A stretch of DNA of 35,516 nucleotides from Ignavibacteria bacterium (GTDB taxonomy: Bacteria > Elusimicrobiota > Endomicrobiia > PHAN01), in assembly GCA_041694835.1 (NCBI GenBank), contig JBGFRZ010000072.1:1-35516 (forward strand). Direction: 5' to 3'. Below, piece after piece: positions 9,425-18,786 of the stretch. The first letter of the stretch is position 1. The number at the start of each line of letters is the position of its first letter. The notes below the pieces were generated by a model. It was given only the letters and a program-made list of their open reading frames with translations, made no database searches and was not told the DNA's origin. The translations under genes and the position numbers were made by a program.

Positions 9425-9856
9425 ATGAAAATAAAAATTTTACGATTAAACAAAGATGTTCCTTTACCGATTTATCAACACGAAGGGGATTCATGCATTG
9501 ATTTGGCAAATGCGGGAGATGATACATTCATTAAACCCTTCGAAAGGCGTATCGTTTTTACGGGCATAAAAGTCGAAATTCCCGACGGATATGAGTTGCA
9601 AATTCGACCCCGAAGCGGACTTGCCCTAAAAAGAGGTATTACCGTTTTAAATACACCCGGCACGGTTGATTCGGGATATCGAGGCGAAATAGGAGTTATT
9701 TTGTATAACAGTTCTAAGAAAAAAGTGGAAATTAAAAAAGGCGAGAGAATAGCCCAAGCCGCTCTTTGCAAAGTTGAAAAAATAATTTGGCGGGAAGTTA
9801 AAACAATAAGCGCGACAAAAAGAAATGCGGGAGGCTTTGGCTCTACGGGACACTGA
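9425..9856 (+). CDS. dut: dUTP diphosphatase
   Basis: RPRSGLA, NTPGTVDSGYRGEI, ERIAQ and GGFGSTG motifs; start placed at ATG 9425. Confidence 0.96.
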   Translation: MKIKILRLNKDVPLPIYQHEGDSCIDLANAGDDTFIKPFERRIVFTGIKVEIPDGYELQIRPRSGLALKRGITVLNTPGTVDSGYRGEIGVILYNSSKKKVEIKKGERIAQAALCKVEKIIWREVKTISATKRNAGGFGSTGH

Positions 9857-9861
9857 TAAAA

Positions 9862-9932
9862 GTGACTGGTGGCTAGTGACTTGTGGCTGGAGGAAATAAA
9901 CCACGAGCAACGAGCCGCAAGCAACGAGCCGC
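9862..9932. repeat. Inverted heptamer pair (GTGRCTN arm / RCGAGCM arm)
   Basis: gtgactg-gtggcta-gtgactt-gtggctg faces ccacgag-caacgag-ccgcaag-caacgag. Confidence 0.8.
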
Positions 9933-9951
9933 CGCCTTCCTTGGAGGATAA

Positions 9952-11121
9952 ATGTCATTATTTATCGGAAAAGATAGAGAGGCGCGCCGCGCTTATGGAT
10001 TTGACGAGATAGCGCTCGTTCCGTCGGACATTACTGTTGATATCAATGATGTCGATGTTGCGACGAAAATCGGAAATTTGCGTATGGAAATTCCGATTTT
10101 TGCAAGCGCCATGGATGGGGTCGTAGATGTATCATTCGCAAAAGAGTTTGGAAAACTTGGCGGCATTGCAGTGCTGAATTTGGACGGTGTCCAGACGCGA
10201 TACGAAAATCCAAAAGATGCGATTGAAAAAATAAGAAAGGCGTGCGAGTCAAAAGACAACAAAAGCACCGGGATAATTCAGAAAATTTATCAAGCAAAAG
10301 TCAAGGTAGATTTGATTTCTCAGAGAATAAAAGAAATTAAAAAAGAAAATGTCTTGACGGCGGTTTCGACGATACCAAAGAATGCCGAGAAGTACTTAAA
10401 AATAGCCCAAGAAGCAGGTTGTGATTTGTTTGTAATACAATCGACCGTAACGACGGCAAGGTTTTATTCAAAATGTCAAGAAGTAGTAGACCTAAAAAAA
10501 ATCTGCACTTCATCTAAAATACCTGTCATTGTCGGCAATACGGTTTCATATTCATCGGCGTATGAATTGTTCGAGTTAGGCGCCTCGGGGATTCTTGTTG
10601 GAATCGGTCCCGGAGCAGCATGCACTACCCGCGGTGTTTTGGGTATTGGCGTTCCTCAAGTGACGGCAATAGTTGATTGTTGCGCCGCAAGAGAACAGTA
10701 CTTTAAAAAAACCAGACGCTCTGTCTCTGTCATTGCCGACGGAGGAATGGTTACAAGCGGGGATATCTGCAAAGCGATTGCCTGCGGTGCAGATGGTGTG
10801 ATGATAGGTTCAGGACTTGCAAGAGCCATGGAGTCGCCGGGTTGCGGCTTTCACTGGGGCATGGCTACGAGTCACAAAAATCTTCCGAGAGGAACGGGGA
10901 TAAGCGTCGGAGTCACTGGAAGTATCAAAGAAATTCTTTTTGGTCCTGCAAGAACTGATGACGGAACTCAGAATTTAGTGGGCGCCCTAAAAACCTCCAT
11001 GGGTTCGTTAGGCGTCAAAAATATCAAAGAAATGCAATCGGTTGAAATAATCGTTGCACCAGAAATAAAACACGAAGGAAAATTTCATCAGAAGTCGCAG
11101 AAAGTCGGAATGGGAAAATAA
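9952..11121 (+). CDS. guaB: IMP dehydrogenase, GuaB3-type (no CBS domains)
   Basis: N-terminus ARRAYGFDEIALVP typical of GuaB3; catalytic GIGPGAACTTR; ADGG; immediately upstream of guaA. Confidence 0.88.
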   Translation: MSLFIGKDREARRAYGFDEIALVPSDITVDINDVDVATKIGNLRMEIPIFASAMDGVVDVSFAKEFGKLGGIAVLNLDGVQTRYENPKDAIEKIRKACESKDNKSTGIIQKIYQAKVKVDLISQRIKEIKKENVLTAVSTIPKNAEKYLKIAQEAGCDLFVIQSTVTTARFYSKCQEVVDLKKICTSSKIPVIVGNTVSYSSAYELFELGASGILVGIGPGAACTTRGVLGIGVPQVTAIVDCCAAREQYFKKTRRSVSVIADGGMVTSGDICKAIACGADGVMIGSGLARAMESPGCGFHWGMATSHKNLPRGTGISVGVTGSIKEILFGPARTDDGTQNLVGALKTSMGSLGVKNIKEMQSVEIIVAPEIKHEGKFHQKSQKVGMGK

Positions 11122-11127
11122 AACATT

Positions 11128-12678
11128 ATGCTGATAATTCTTGATTTCGGCTCACAGTACACTCAACTTATCGCAAGACGTATCAGGGAAATGGGCGTAT
11201 TCGCCCAGATATTGCCGTGCGATGCAAAGATGAGTGAGATTCTCTCAAAATCGCCAAAGGCAATAATCCTTTCCGGCGGCCCATCGTCGGTGTTTGCTCA
11301 AGATTCGCCCGTCTGTTCTCGGGAGCTCTTTAATTTGGACCTCCCGATATTGGGAATATGTTATGGAATGCAGTTGCTTGCAAAGTTCTTTGGTGGAACT
11401 GTCATTAAGAGTAATGTGCATGAATATGGAAATGCTCAGGTGGTTTTATCGTCTGACAAATCAAAGGGGGATTTGCTCTTTTCTGATATTCCTCGCAGGT
11501 TTAATGTATGGATGAGTCATTCGGACACCATCACAAAAATACCCGATGGTTTTAAAGTGCTCGCGTCATCCAATGCATTTGGATTTGAAAAATATCCCGC
11601 TGCGATTTGCGACTTCAAAAACAAAATATTTGGTTTGCAATTCCATCCCGAAGTAACTCATACGCAATACGGCGCCGCTCTTTTGAAAAATTTTATTTTC
11701 AAAATATCAAAAGCGAGTAAAAACTGGAATCTAAAGTCGTTTATTGACGAAGAAATCAAAAAAGTTAAAAGCAAAATACGAAATGAAAATGTTATCTGCG
11801 GGCTTTCGGGTGGAGTAGATTCTTCTGTAACCGCTGCCTTGCTTCACAAAGCCATCGGTAAAAAATTAACTTGCATTTTTGTTGACAATGGTTTATTGCG
11901 AAAAGATGAAGAAAAACGAATCCGCGAGATTTTCGGAAGTAAACTTAATCTAAAAATAATTTATGTCAATGCCCGGAAAGAATTTTTGAAAAAGTTGCAA
12001 GGTGTCACTGATCCGGAAAGAAAGAGAAAAATTATCGGGCACACATTCATAGATGTCTTTGAAAGAGAAGCAAAAAAAATAAAAAATGCGAAACACCTTG
12101 CACAGGGCACGCTCTATCCCGATGTAATCGAATCAAAATCCGTCCAAGGGCCTTCTGCGGTCATAAAGTCGCATCACAATGTCGGCGGATTGCCCGAAAA
12201 AATGAAACTTTCTCTCATTGAACCGTTAAAGTTTTTGTTTAAAGACGAAGTTCGAGTGATTGCAAAACATTTGGGGCTTCCCGATGAAATTGCTTTCAGA
12301 CAACCCTTTCCCGGGCCCGGTCTCGCTGTAAGGGTGATTGGTGAAATTACCGAGGAAAGATTGAATATTTTGAAAGATGCTGATTATATACTGATTGACG
12401 AAATGAAAAAGTCGGGTTATTATTACAAGGTTTGGCAGTCGTTTGCGGTTTTGTTGCCGATTAAAACCGTTGGAGTAAAAGGCGACTCGAGAAGTTATGA
12501 AAATGTGATAGCATTGAGAATCGTCGAGAGTACGGACGGCATGACGGCAAAACCGAGTCCTATGCCGCACGAATTTTTACACAAAGTCGCTACAAAAATC
12601 GTCAATCATGTCAACGGAGTAAACCGCGTAGTGTTTGATATCACGACAAAACCACCTGCCACGATTGAATGGGAGTAG
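11128..12678 (+). CDS. guaA: GMP synthase (glutamine-hydrolysing)
   Basis: LDFGSQYTQLIARR, GICYGMQ, QFHPE, SGGVDS and KPPATIEWE motifs. Confidence 0.98.
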   Translation: MLIILDFGSQYTQLIARRIREMGVFAQILPCDAKMSEILSKSPKAIILSGGPSSVFAQDSPVCSRELFNLDLPILGICYGMQLLAKFFGGTVIKSNVHEYGNAQVVLSSDKSKGDLLFSDIPRRFNVWMSHSDTITKIPDGFKVLASSNAFGFEKYPAAICDFKNKIFGLQFHPEVTHTQYGAALLKNFIFKISKASKNWNLKSFIDEEIKKVKSKIRNENVICGLSGGVDSSVTAALLHKAIGKKLTCIFVDNGLLRKDEEKRIREIFGSKLNLKIIYVNARKEFLKKLQGVTDPERKRKIIGHTFIDVFEREAKKIKNAKHLAQGTLYPDVIESKSVQGPSAVIKSHHNVGGLPEKMKLSLIEPLKFLFKDEVRVIAKHLGLPDEIAFRQPFPGPGLAVRVIGEITEERLNILKDADYILIDEMKKSGYYYKVWQSFAVLLPIKTVGVKGDSRSYENVIALRIVESTDGMTAKPSPMPHEFLHKVATKIVNHVNGVNRVVFDITTKPPATIEWE

Positions 12679-12798
12679 CGGCGGGATTGCTATCCCGCGA
12701 TTAGTGGATGGTGGCTTGTGACTGGTGTCTAGAAAAAACCGGTAATCAGTAATCGGTAATTAACAACGCGTCACAAGAATTTTAGCGGAGCGTAAATT

Positions 12799-13506
12799 AT
12801 GCACTTAAAACCCGTATTCATAGATGCTTTTGATGTCGATGACGCGTGGTTTCAGCTTCTAACCGCAATTTTAGAGAACGGCACCGTCTACAAGATTGAC
12901 CGCGGAAGTTATGTCGGGCAGAAGCGATTAGAATTCGATTTTGCAACCGTCCGCATAAGAAATCCAAAAAATCAGCCAATTCCTATAATACCCGAAGGTA
13001 GTTGCATCCCCGCCCCGACGAGCATGGAGTACATAAACGAGTATCTCTCATATCTATTGACGAGTGCAAAAACTGAAACCGAAGATTATACTTACGGAGA
13101 GCGTTTGGTTGACCCGAAAGTGAAAGTCGAAAATTTCAAAGAGATACCTTTGCTCGTGAATCAAATTGAAGAAGTTATAAAAATGTATAAGACCCACGGA
13201 CACGGAACAAATCAGGCGACTATGGAAATAGGAATGCCATCTGACATTAAATTAGTTGACCCGCCTTGTCTGAGAATAATTGACACAAGAATTAGATACA
13301 ATAAACTTCATTTTATTTTGTATTTTCGCTCATGGGACCTCTGGGGTGGATTTCCGTCTAACATTGGTGGTCTTCAGAAAGTTAAAGAATATATGGCCGA
13401 CGAAATCGGTGTTGAAGACGGTGAAATTATAGCGTCAAGCAAAGGGCTGCATCTCTATGAATACTGCTGGGACTGGGCGAAATTGAGGACGAAGAAGATG
13501 ATATAA
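12799..13506 (+). CDS. thyA: Short thymidylate synthase (ThyA fold, archaeal-like)
   Basis: YTYGERL, DPPCL (catalytic Cys), FRSWD, SN and GLHLY motifs; 235 aa. Confidence 0.75.
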   Translation: MHLKPVFIDAFDVDDAWFQLLTAILENGTVYKIDRGSYVGQKRLEFDFATVRIRNPKNQPIPIIPEGSCIPAPTSMEYINEYLSYLLTSAKTETEDYTYGERLVDPKVKVENFKEIPLLVNQIEEVIKMYKTHGHGTNQATMEIGMPSDIKLVDPPCLRIIDTRIRYNKLHFILYFRSWDLWGGFPSNIGGLQKVKEYMADEIGVEDGEIIASSKGLHLYEYCWDWAKLRTKKMI

Positions 13507-13585
13507 TAAAAAACTTCAAGCGCAGAGTTCGCGGAGAACGCAGAGAGATTGGCGAATGGCAAATAAATAACATAGAAGGAAAATA

Positions 13586-14449
13586 ATGAAATTAGATAAG
13601 CCGCTATATTCAGGTAAGATTCGAGAGTTGTATGATATCGGCAGATTTAATAATATTGATGCGCTTCTGCTCGTGTCAACCGACAGGATTTCCTGTTTTG
13701 ATGTTGTGCTTCCGACGGCAATTCCCGACAAGGGAAAAATTTTAAACACAATGTCAAACTTTTGGTTCGACCATATGCGAGATGTCGTTGGAAACCATCT
13801 CTTGAGCACCGATTTAAAAGAAATAGAAGAAATTCCTAAAAATTTTATCGAGCGTTCCGTAATAGTCAAAAAGGCAAAAAGGCTCAATGTCGAATGCATA
13901 GTGAGGGGCTACCTTGCCGGCTCCGCTTTAAAAGAGTATCTAAAACAGGGAACAGTCGGCGGTGTAAAAATGCCTAAGGGTTTAAAGGAGTCGGGAAGAC
14001 TTCCTGAAGTCCTCTTTACTCCGTCCACAAAAGAATCGCTCGGAAAACACGACATAAATATTTCTTTTGACGAGCTCGCTGTGCGAATCTCTCCTGAAAC
14101 AGCCCAAAAAATAAAAAAATTATCATTGACTATTTACGAAAAAGCAAGACAGTATGCGGAAAGCAAGAACATAATTATTGCCGACACAAAATTTGAATTT
14201 GGATTTCACGACGGAGAAATTATACTAATTGATGAGGTCTTAACCCCCGACTCTTCGCGATTTTGGGATAAAAATGTATATGAGCCCGGGAAGCCGCAAA
14301 AAAATTTCGACAAACAATTTGTAAGGGACTATCTCATTTCCATTGAGTGGGAAAAGTTGCCACAAGTTCCCGAATTGCCGTCGGATATAGTCCAAAAAAC
14401 AAGAGAAAGATATCTTGAAGTACAGAATCGACTATGCGAAGCTCAATAA
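13586..14449 (+). CDS. purC: SAICAR synthase
   Basis: GKIRELY, DRISCFD, ADTKFEFG, DEVLTPDSSRFW and DKQFVRDYL motifs. Confidence 0.97.
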   Translation: MKLDKPLYSGKIRELYDIGRFNNIDALLLVSTDRISCFDVVLPTAIPDKGKILNTMSNFWFDHMRDVVGNHLLSTDLKEIEEIPKNFIERSVIVKKAKRLNVECIVRGYLAGSALKEYLKQGTVGGVKMPKGLKESGRLPEVLFTPSTKESLGKHDINISFDELAVRISPETAQKIKKLSLTIYEKARQYAESKNIIIADTKFEFGFHDGEIILIDEVLTPDSSRFWDKNVYEPGKPQKNFDKQFVRDYLISIEWEKLPQVPELPSDIVQKTRERYLEVQNRLCEAQ

Positions 14450-15042
14450 TAACAGTTTTTAACAAAAAAGGCATATATAACTCTGAAGCAGAAAGTGTCA
14501 AAAGAGACATAAAAGTTCTCGGATTTGATTTTGTTGAGGACATAGAGGTGAGTTCTTTGTATATCGTTGAGTTAGATGTAAATCGCGAAGAACTCAAAAT
14601 GTTTTGCGAAAAAATACTTATAGACCCTGTCATTCAAGGATATCAGATTTTAGAAAATGACGAACTTGACTCGCACAAAAATATCAATGACGAAAAATCA
14701 TCGTCGGCGAGCGGCGGAGAATATTTAGTCGATGTCTACTACAAAAAAGGCGTAATGGATCCCGTGGCGGAAACTATAATGCTTGCGATGAAGGATATGG
14801 GAATAAACCCCGTTAGAAATGATATTATGTGTGGCATCATTCAACAGAAAAATTCCAGGTGCATTATTCAATCACAGAATATTTCTAACGGAGCAAAAGT
14901 GTCAACTGGCAAAAGATATCTTGTTAAAATGAAAGATGGGAAAGAACAGCTACAAAATGTCAAAAAAATAGCGGAAAAAGTTTTTTGCAACACAATCATA
15001 CAGGATTACAAAGTGATAAAAATCGTAAAGCGGAAAGCGTGA
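14434..15042 (+). CDS. purS: FGAM synthase PurS subunit, tandem two-domain form with a 30-aa element-derived insert
   Basis: Two PurS-like repeats (...KILIDPVIQGY and KKGVMDP...KVFCNTIIQDY); lies between purC and purL. Confidence 0.8.
   Translation: MRSSIITVFNKKGIYNSEAESVKRDIKVLGFDFVEDIEVSSLYIVELDVNREELKMFCEKILIDPVIQGYQILENDELDSHKNINDEKSSSASGGEYLVDVYYKKGVMDPVAETIMLAMKDMGINPVRNDIMCGIIQQKNSRCIIQSQNISNGAKVSTGKRYLVKMKDGKEQLQNVKKIAEKVFCNTIIQDYKVIKIVKRKA
14808..14893. mobile_element. CCCCGTTAGA-family element inserted in-frame in purS
   Basis: CCCCGTTAGAAAT...ATTTCTAACGGAG with flanks TAAA/CAAA; 86+4 = 90 bp. Confidence 0.85.
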
Positions 15043-15105
15043 AGGGCGAACGGCTTTAAACCCTTTCTGCTTCCCGCTTTCCAAATTTTGCTTTTACATT
15101 TTTTT

Positions 15106-17514
15106 ATGAAAACAAAACAAATAGATATTATGTCAGCAGACAAGAACAAACTACATGAAATAAGCGCTAAAAATATGCTTTCATTAACCACCGGGGAGCT
15201 TTGCGAAATCCAAAAGTATTTCAAGAAAAAGGGACGAAACCCTACGGATGTGGAACTTGAGACAATCGCTCAAACATGGTCTGAACACTGCAAACATAAG
15301 ACATTGACCGCAGAAATAAAACATAAAGCCCCGCACCTTTTGTCTGTCTCAAAAGGTGATAACTTAAAAATTAAGCAAGATAACCGGAGCAATGAGCAAA
15401 AGGTGCGGGGCAAAATTAAAAATTACAACAATCTTTTAAAAGATACGATTTTCAAAGCGACGAAAAAAATAAATAAAAAATGGTGCTTGTCTGTTTTTAA
15501 GGACAACGCGGGCGTTATCGAGTTTGATAAAAAATATGCCGTTGCATTCAAGGTTGAGACGCATAACCATCCTTCAGCGATTGAACCCTATGGCGGTGCC
15601 GAGACGGGAGTTGGCGGCGTTGTGAGGGACATTTTAGGAGTTGGTCTTGGCGCAAAACCGATAATGAACACAGATGTGTTTTGTTTCGGCGATTTGGATA
15701 TTTCATATAAAAAACTTCATGAGAATGTTTTGCACCCGAAGAGAATCTATAAAAGAGTAGTTGAGGGGGTTAGGGATTATGGCAATCGTATGGGCATTCC
15801 TACGGCAAATGGCGCCATAATTTTTGATGAGGGGTATCTTTTTAATCCACTTGTCTTTTGCGGAACCGTCGGCATTATTCCTAAAAATAAGGTGAATAAA
15901 AAAATTCACGCCGGCGATTTGATTGTTTCTATCGGCGGACGCACAGGACGAGACGGAATTCACGGCGCTACATTTTCATCCGCATCATTGGACAAAGATG
16001 TACCCGCAGGAGTAGTTCAAATCGGGAATCCCATTGAGGAAAAAAGATTTGCCGATGTTCTTGTCAAAGCGAGAGATAAAGAACTTTACAACGCCATCAC
16101 TGATTGCGGTGCGGGGGGATATTCGTCCGCCATCGGCGAGTTGGCTCTTTTTTCAGGTGGCGCCGAAGTTCACCTCGACAAAGTTCCTCTTAAATACGAC
16201 GGTCTTCTCCCGTGGGAAATATGGCTTTCGGAATCGCAGGAAAGAATGGTGATTGCTGTTAAAAAAAATAAAATTGCAGAGTTGAAATCTCTCTTTGAGT
16301 CGGAAGATGTCCAAGTAAGTGTGCTCGGTAATTTTACCGATAGCGGCGACTTGAAAGTTTATTATAAAAATACTCTCGTTTGCGAAATGGACTTGGATTT
16401 TTTACACGACGGTTTGCCGAAGTCGAAAAGAACCGCTGTATGGAGCGAAAAAAAACCGATGCCTTCAAAGGAAAAAAAAGAGACCGACTTAAACAAAAAA
16501 CTCATTAAACTTTTGTCTTCGCCCAACATCGCATCAAAAGAATCGGTCATAAGGCAGTATGATTTCGAAGTGCAAGGTCAAACGGTCATTAAGCCCCTGG
16601 TTGGAGTTGCAAACGATGGACCATCGGATGCTGTTGTTTTAAAGCCATTGCCCGATTCTTATCGGGGGATTGTCGTTTCAAACGGAATCAATCTCTATGG
16701 AAAACATAACACCTACGATATGGCGGCTTCGGCAATCGATGAGGCATTGCGAAACATAATTGCCGTGGGGGGTGTTCTCGATAGAACCGCACTTTTGGAT
16801 AATTTTTGCTGGGGTGAGTTAACTGGCGAAAAGCAGTTTGGAGAACTTGTGCGCGCATGCGAGGCGTGTTATGCTCTGTCTGTAAAATTCGGCACGCCTT
16901 TTATTTCTGGTAAAGACAGTTTAAACAACAAATACCAAAAAAAGAACGGTGAAATAGTTTCTATTCCGCCCACTCTTTTAATATCAGCACTCTCAATTAT
17001 AGAAGACATAAGAAAATGCGTGACGATGGATTTTAAAAAACCGAATAACCCAATCTATTTGCTGGGCATAACAAAGGACGAGTATCCACCCAAAGTTGAC
17101 CCCGTGCTTTCTAAAAAAGTTATGCTTTTTTTACAAACCGCAATACAAAAAGGTTTTGTCGCCGCATCTCACGACTGTTCGGACGGCGGACTTGGAGTAG
17201 CACTCAGCGAAATGTGTTTTTCTGGCGGATTTGGCGCTGTTATTGATTTAAAAAATGTTGCCGCTAAAAATATTCTGACGGAAGATTCGCTCATATTTTC
17301 AGAGTCAAACGGCAGATTTGTCGTCGAAGTAAAAAAAGAATTTGAAAATGACTTTGTCACACTTGCCAAAAATGTTTGCGCTAACAAAATAGGGAGTGTG
17401 TCGGGAAGTTCGCGCGGTAGTGAGCGATTAATAATCAAAGGTTTGTCGGGCGCTCATATAATTGACTGCTCTCTTTATGAACTAAAATATGCTTGGCAGA
17501 AAACATTATCATAA
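15106..17514 (+). CDS. purL: FGAM synthase subunit PurL
   Basis: QTWSEHCKHK, KVETHNHPSAIEP, DCGAGG, LSESQERM, SGKDS and HDCSDGG motifs; start placed at ATG 15106. Confidence 0.97.
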   Translation: MKTKQIDIMSADKNKLHEISAKNMLSLTTGELCEIQKYFKKKGRNPTDVELETIAQTWSEHCKHKTLTAEIKHKAPHLLSVSKGDNLKIKQDNRSNEQKVRGKIKNYNNLLKDTIFKATKKINKKWCLSVFKDNAGVIEFDKKYAVAFKVETHNHPSAIEPYGGAETGVGGVVRDILGVGLGAKPIMNTDVFCFGDLDISYKKLHENVLHPKRIYKRVVEGVRDYGNRMGIPTANGAIIFDEGYLFNPLVFCGTVGIIPKNKVNKKIHAGDLIVSIGGRTGRDGIHGATFSSASLDKDVPAGVVQIGNPIEEKRFADVLVKARDKELYNAITDCGAGGYSSAIGELALFSGGAEVHLDKVPLKYDGLLPWEIWLSESQERMVIAVKKNKIAELKSLFESEDVQVSVLGNFTDSGDLKVYYKNTLVCEMDLDFLHDGLPKSKRTAVWSEKKPMPSKEKKETDLNKKLIKLLSSPNIASKESVIRQYDFEVQGQTVIKPLVGVANDGPSDAVVLKPLPDSYRGIVVSNGINLYGKHNTYDMAASAIDEALRNIIAVGGVLDRTALLDNFCWGELTGEKQFGELVRACEACYALSVKFGTPFISGKDSLNNKYQKKNGEIVSIPPTLLISALSIIEDIRKCVTMDFKKPNNPIYLLGITKDEYPPKVDPVLSKKVMLFLQTAIQKGFVAASHDCSDGGLGVALSEMCFSGGFGAVIDLKNVAAKNILTEDSLIFSESNGRFVVEVKKEFENDFVTLAKNVCANKIGSVSGSSRGSERLIIKGLSGAHIIDCSLYELKYAWQKTLS
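15328..15411. mobile_element. GCCCCGCAC-type palindromic element inserted in-frame in purL
   Basis: Perfect 15-bp inverted repeat GCCCCGCACCTTTTG / CAAAAGGTGCGGGGC flanked by AAA/AAA; 84+3 = 87 bp. Confidence 0.8.
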
Positions 17515-17531
17515 AAAAACAAAAATTAATT

Positions 17532-17763
17532 GGACGCAGATGAACGCAGAAAAGACGGGTTTAAGAATTAAGGATTAAGTGATAAGGAAAAAACTTTTTT
17601 AAAAACCTTAACCACGAAGACACGAAATTGTTTTTTCGTGCTTTCTATATTTCGTGCTTTCGTGCTAAGTTGTCACAATTTAACTTAATTCTTAAAGCGA
17701 ACGAAGAGAGCGTCTTAATCCTTAATCCTGTTTCATCTGCGTCAATCCCGAAAATTTGCGTCC
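17532..17763. repeat. Three-layer nested inverted-arm repeat
   Basis: GGACGCAGAT arms enclose ATTAAG/CTTAAT arms, which enclose CACGAA arms; the copy at 32534-32680 lacks the innermost layer. Confidence 0.85.
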
Positions 17764-17818
17764 TAATATAATAAAAAATTCCGTGTTAATCCGCGGTTTC
17801 AGTGGCGAATTTTAAGAT

Positions 17819-18604
17819 ATGAAAAAGAAAAAGGCATTGATACTAAAAACAGCAGGAACCAACAACGACTCTGAAACTGCCATTGCTTTTACGCTCGCAG
17901 GAGCATCTTCGGAGATAGCACATATCAATGAATTTATCTCCGGAAGAAAAAATCTGCTCGATTATGATATTCTTGTTATTCCGGGTGGTTTTTCATACGG
18001 AGATTATATTTCAGCGGGAAAAATTTTTGCGAACAAGTTGAGATATAAACTTAATGCTCAATTCGACAAGTTTTTAAGTGAAAGACGGATTGTTCTTGGG
18101 ATATGTAATGGTTTTCAGGTACTTGTAAAAATGGGGCTACTTCCGTTTGACGAAGATAAACAAGCCGCCACACTTATGCATAATGATTCCGAGAAATTTG
18201 AGTGCCGGTGGGTGCACTTAAAAACAATTAAAAATGACGCTTCACTAAAATTGAAAATGAAAAATTTTCTGTTTAAAAATCTGCCCGATGTTATACAACT
18301 TCCCGTAGCACACGGCGAGGGGAAATTTTTTGCTGACAACGATGTTGTTAATAAAATAAAAAACTCCGGACAAATACTTTTCAAATATTGTACTCCCGAC
18401 GGAAATGAAACTGCCAAATATCCTCTTAACCCGAACGGTTCTGTTGAAAATATAGCGGCACTCACGAATCCTTCGGGAAATATTATCGGAATAATGCCTC
18501 ATCCCGAGAGATTTGTGATTGGAGAGCATCATCCTTTATGGACGAGAAAACGAACTGAACCGTGGGGACTTGTTTTTATAAGAAATATAGTGGACCCTAC
18601 GTAG
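17819..18604 (+). CDS. purQ: FGAM synthase glutaminase subunit PurQ
   Basis: PGGFSYGD, GICNGFQ, AHGEG, NPNGS and MPHPER motifs. Confidence 0.97.
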   Translation: MKKKKALILKTAGTNNDSETAIAFTLAGASSEIAHINEFISGRKNLLDYDILVIPGGFSYGDYISAGKIFANKLRYKLNAQFDKFLSERRIVLGICNGFQVLVKMGLLPFDEDKQAATLMHNDSEKFECRWVHLKTIKNDASLKLKMKNFLFKNLPDVIQLPVAHGEGKFFADNDVVNKIKNSGQILFKYCTPDGNETAKYPLNPNGSVENIAALTNPSGNIIGIMPHPERFVIGEHHPLWTRKRTEPWGLVFIRNIVDPT

Positions 18605-18615
18605 AAAATATATAT

Positions 18616-18694
18616 GGAACGCAGATAGACGCAGATTTGACAAGATAAACGCGGATATTTTTGAAATCCGTCGAATCTGTGAAAATCTGCGTCC
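18616..18694 (+). repeat. GGACGCAGAT-family inverted-arm repeat
   Basis: Inverted copy of 3612-3690 (71/79). Confidence 0.88.
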
Positions 18695-18786
18695 AATAAT
18701 AATGGGCGAAGCGGATAATTCGAATTTATTGGAGGGATGTGAAACTCAGTAATCAGCAAACAAATAAACATTGGAGAGCATAATCT

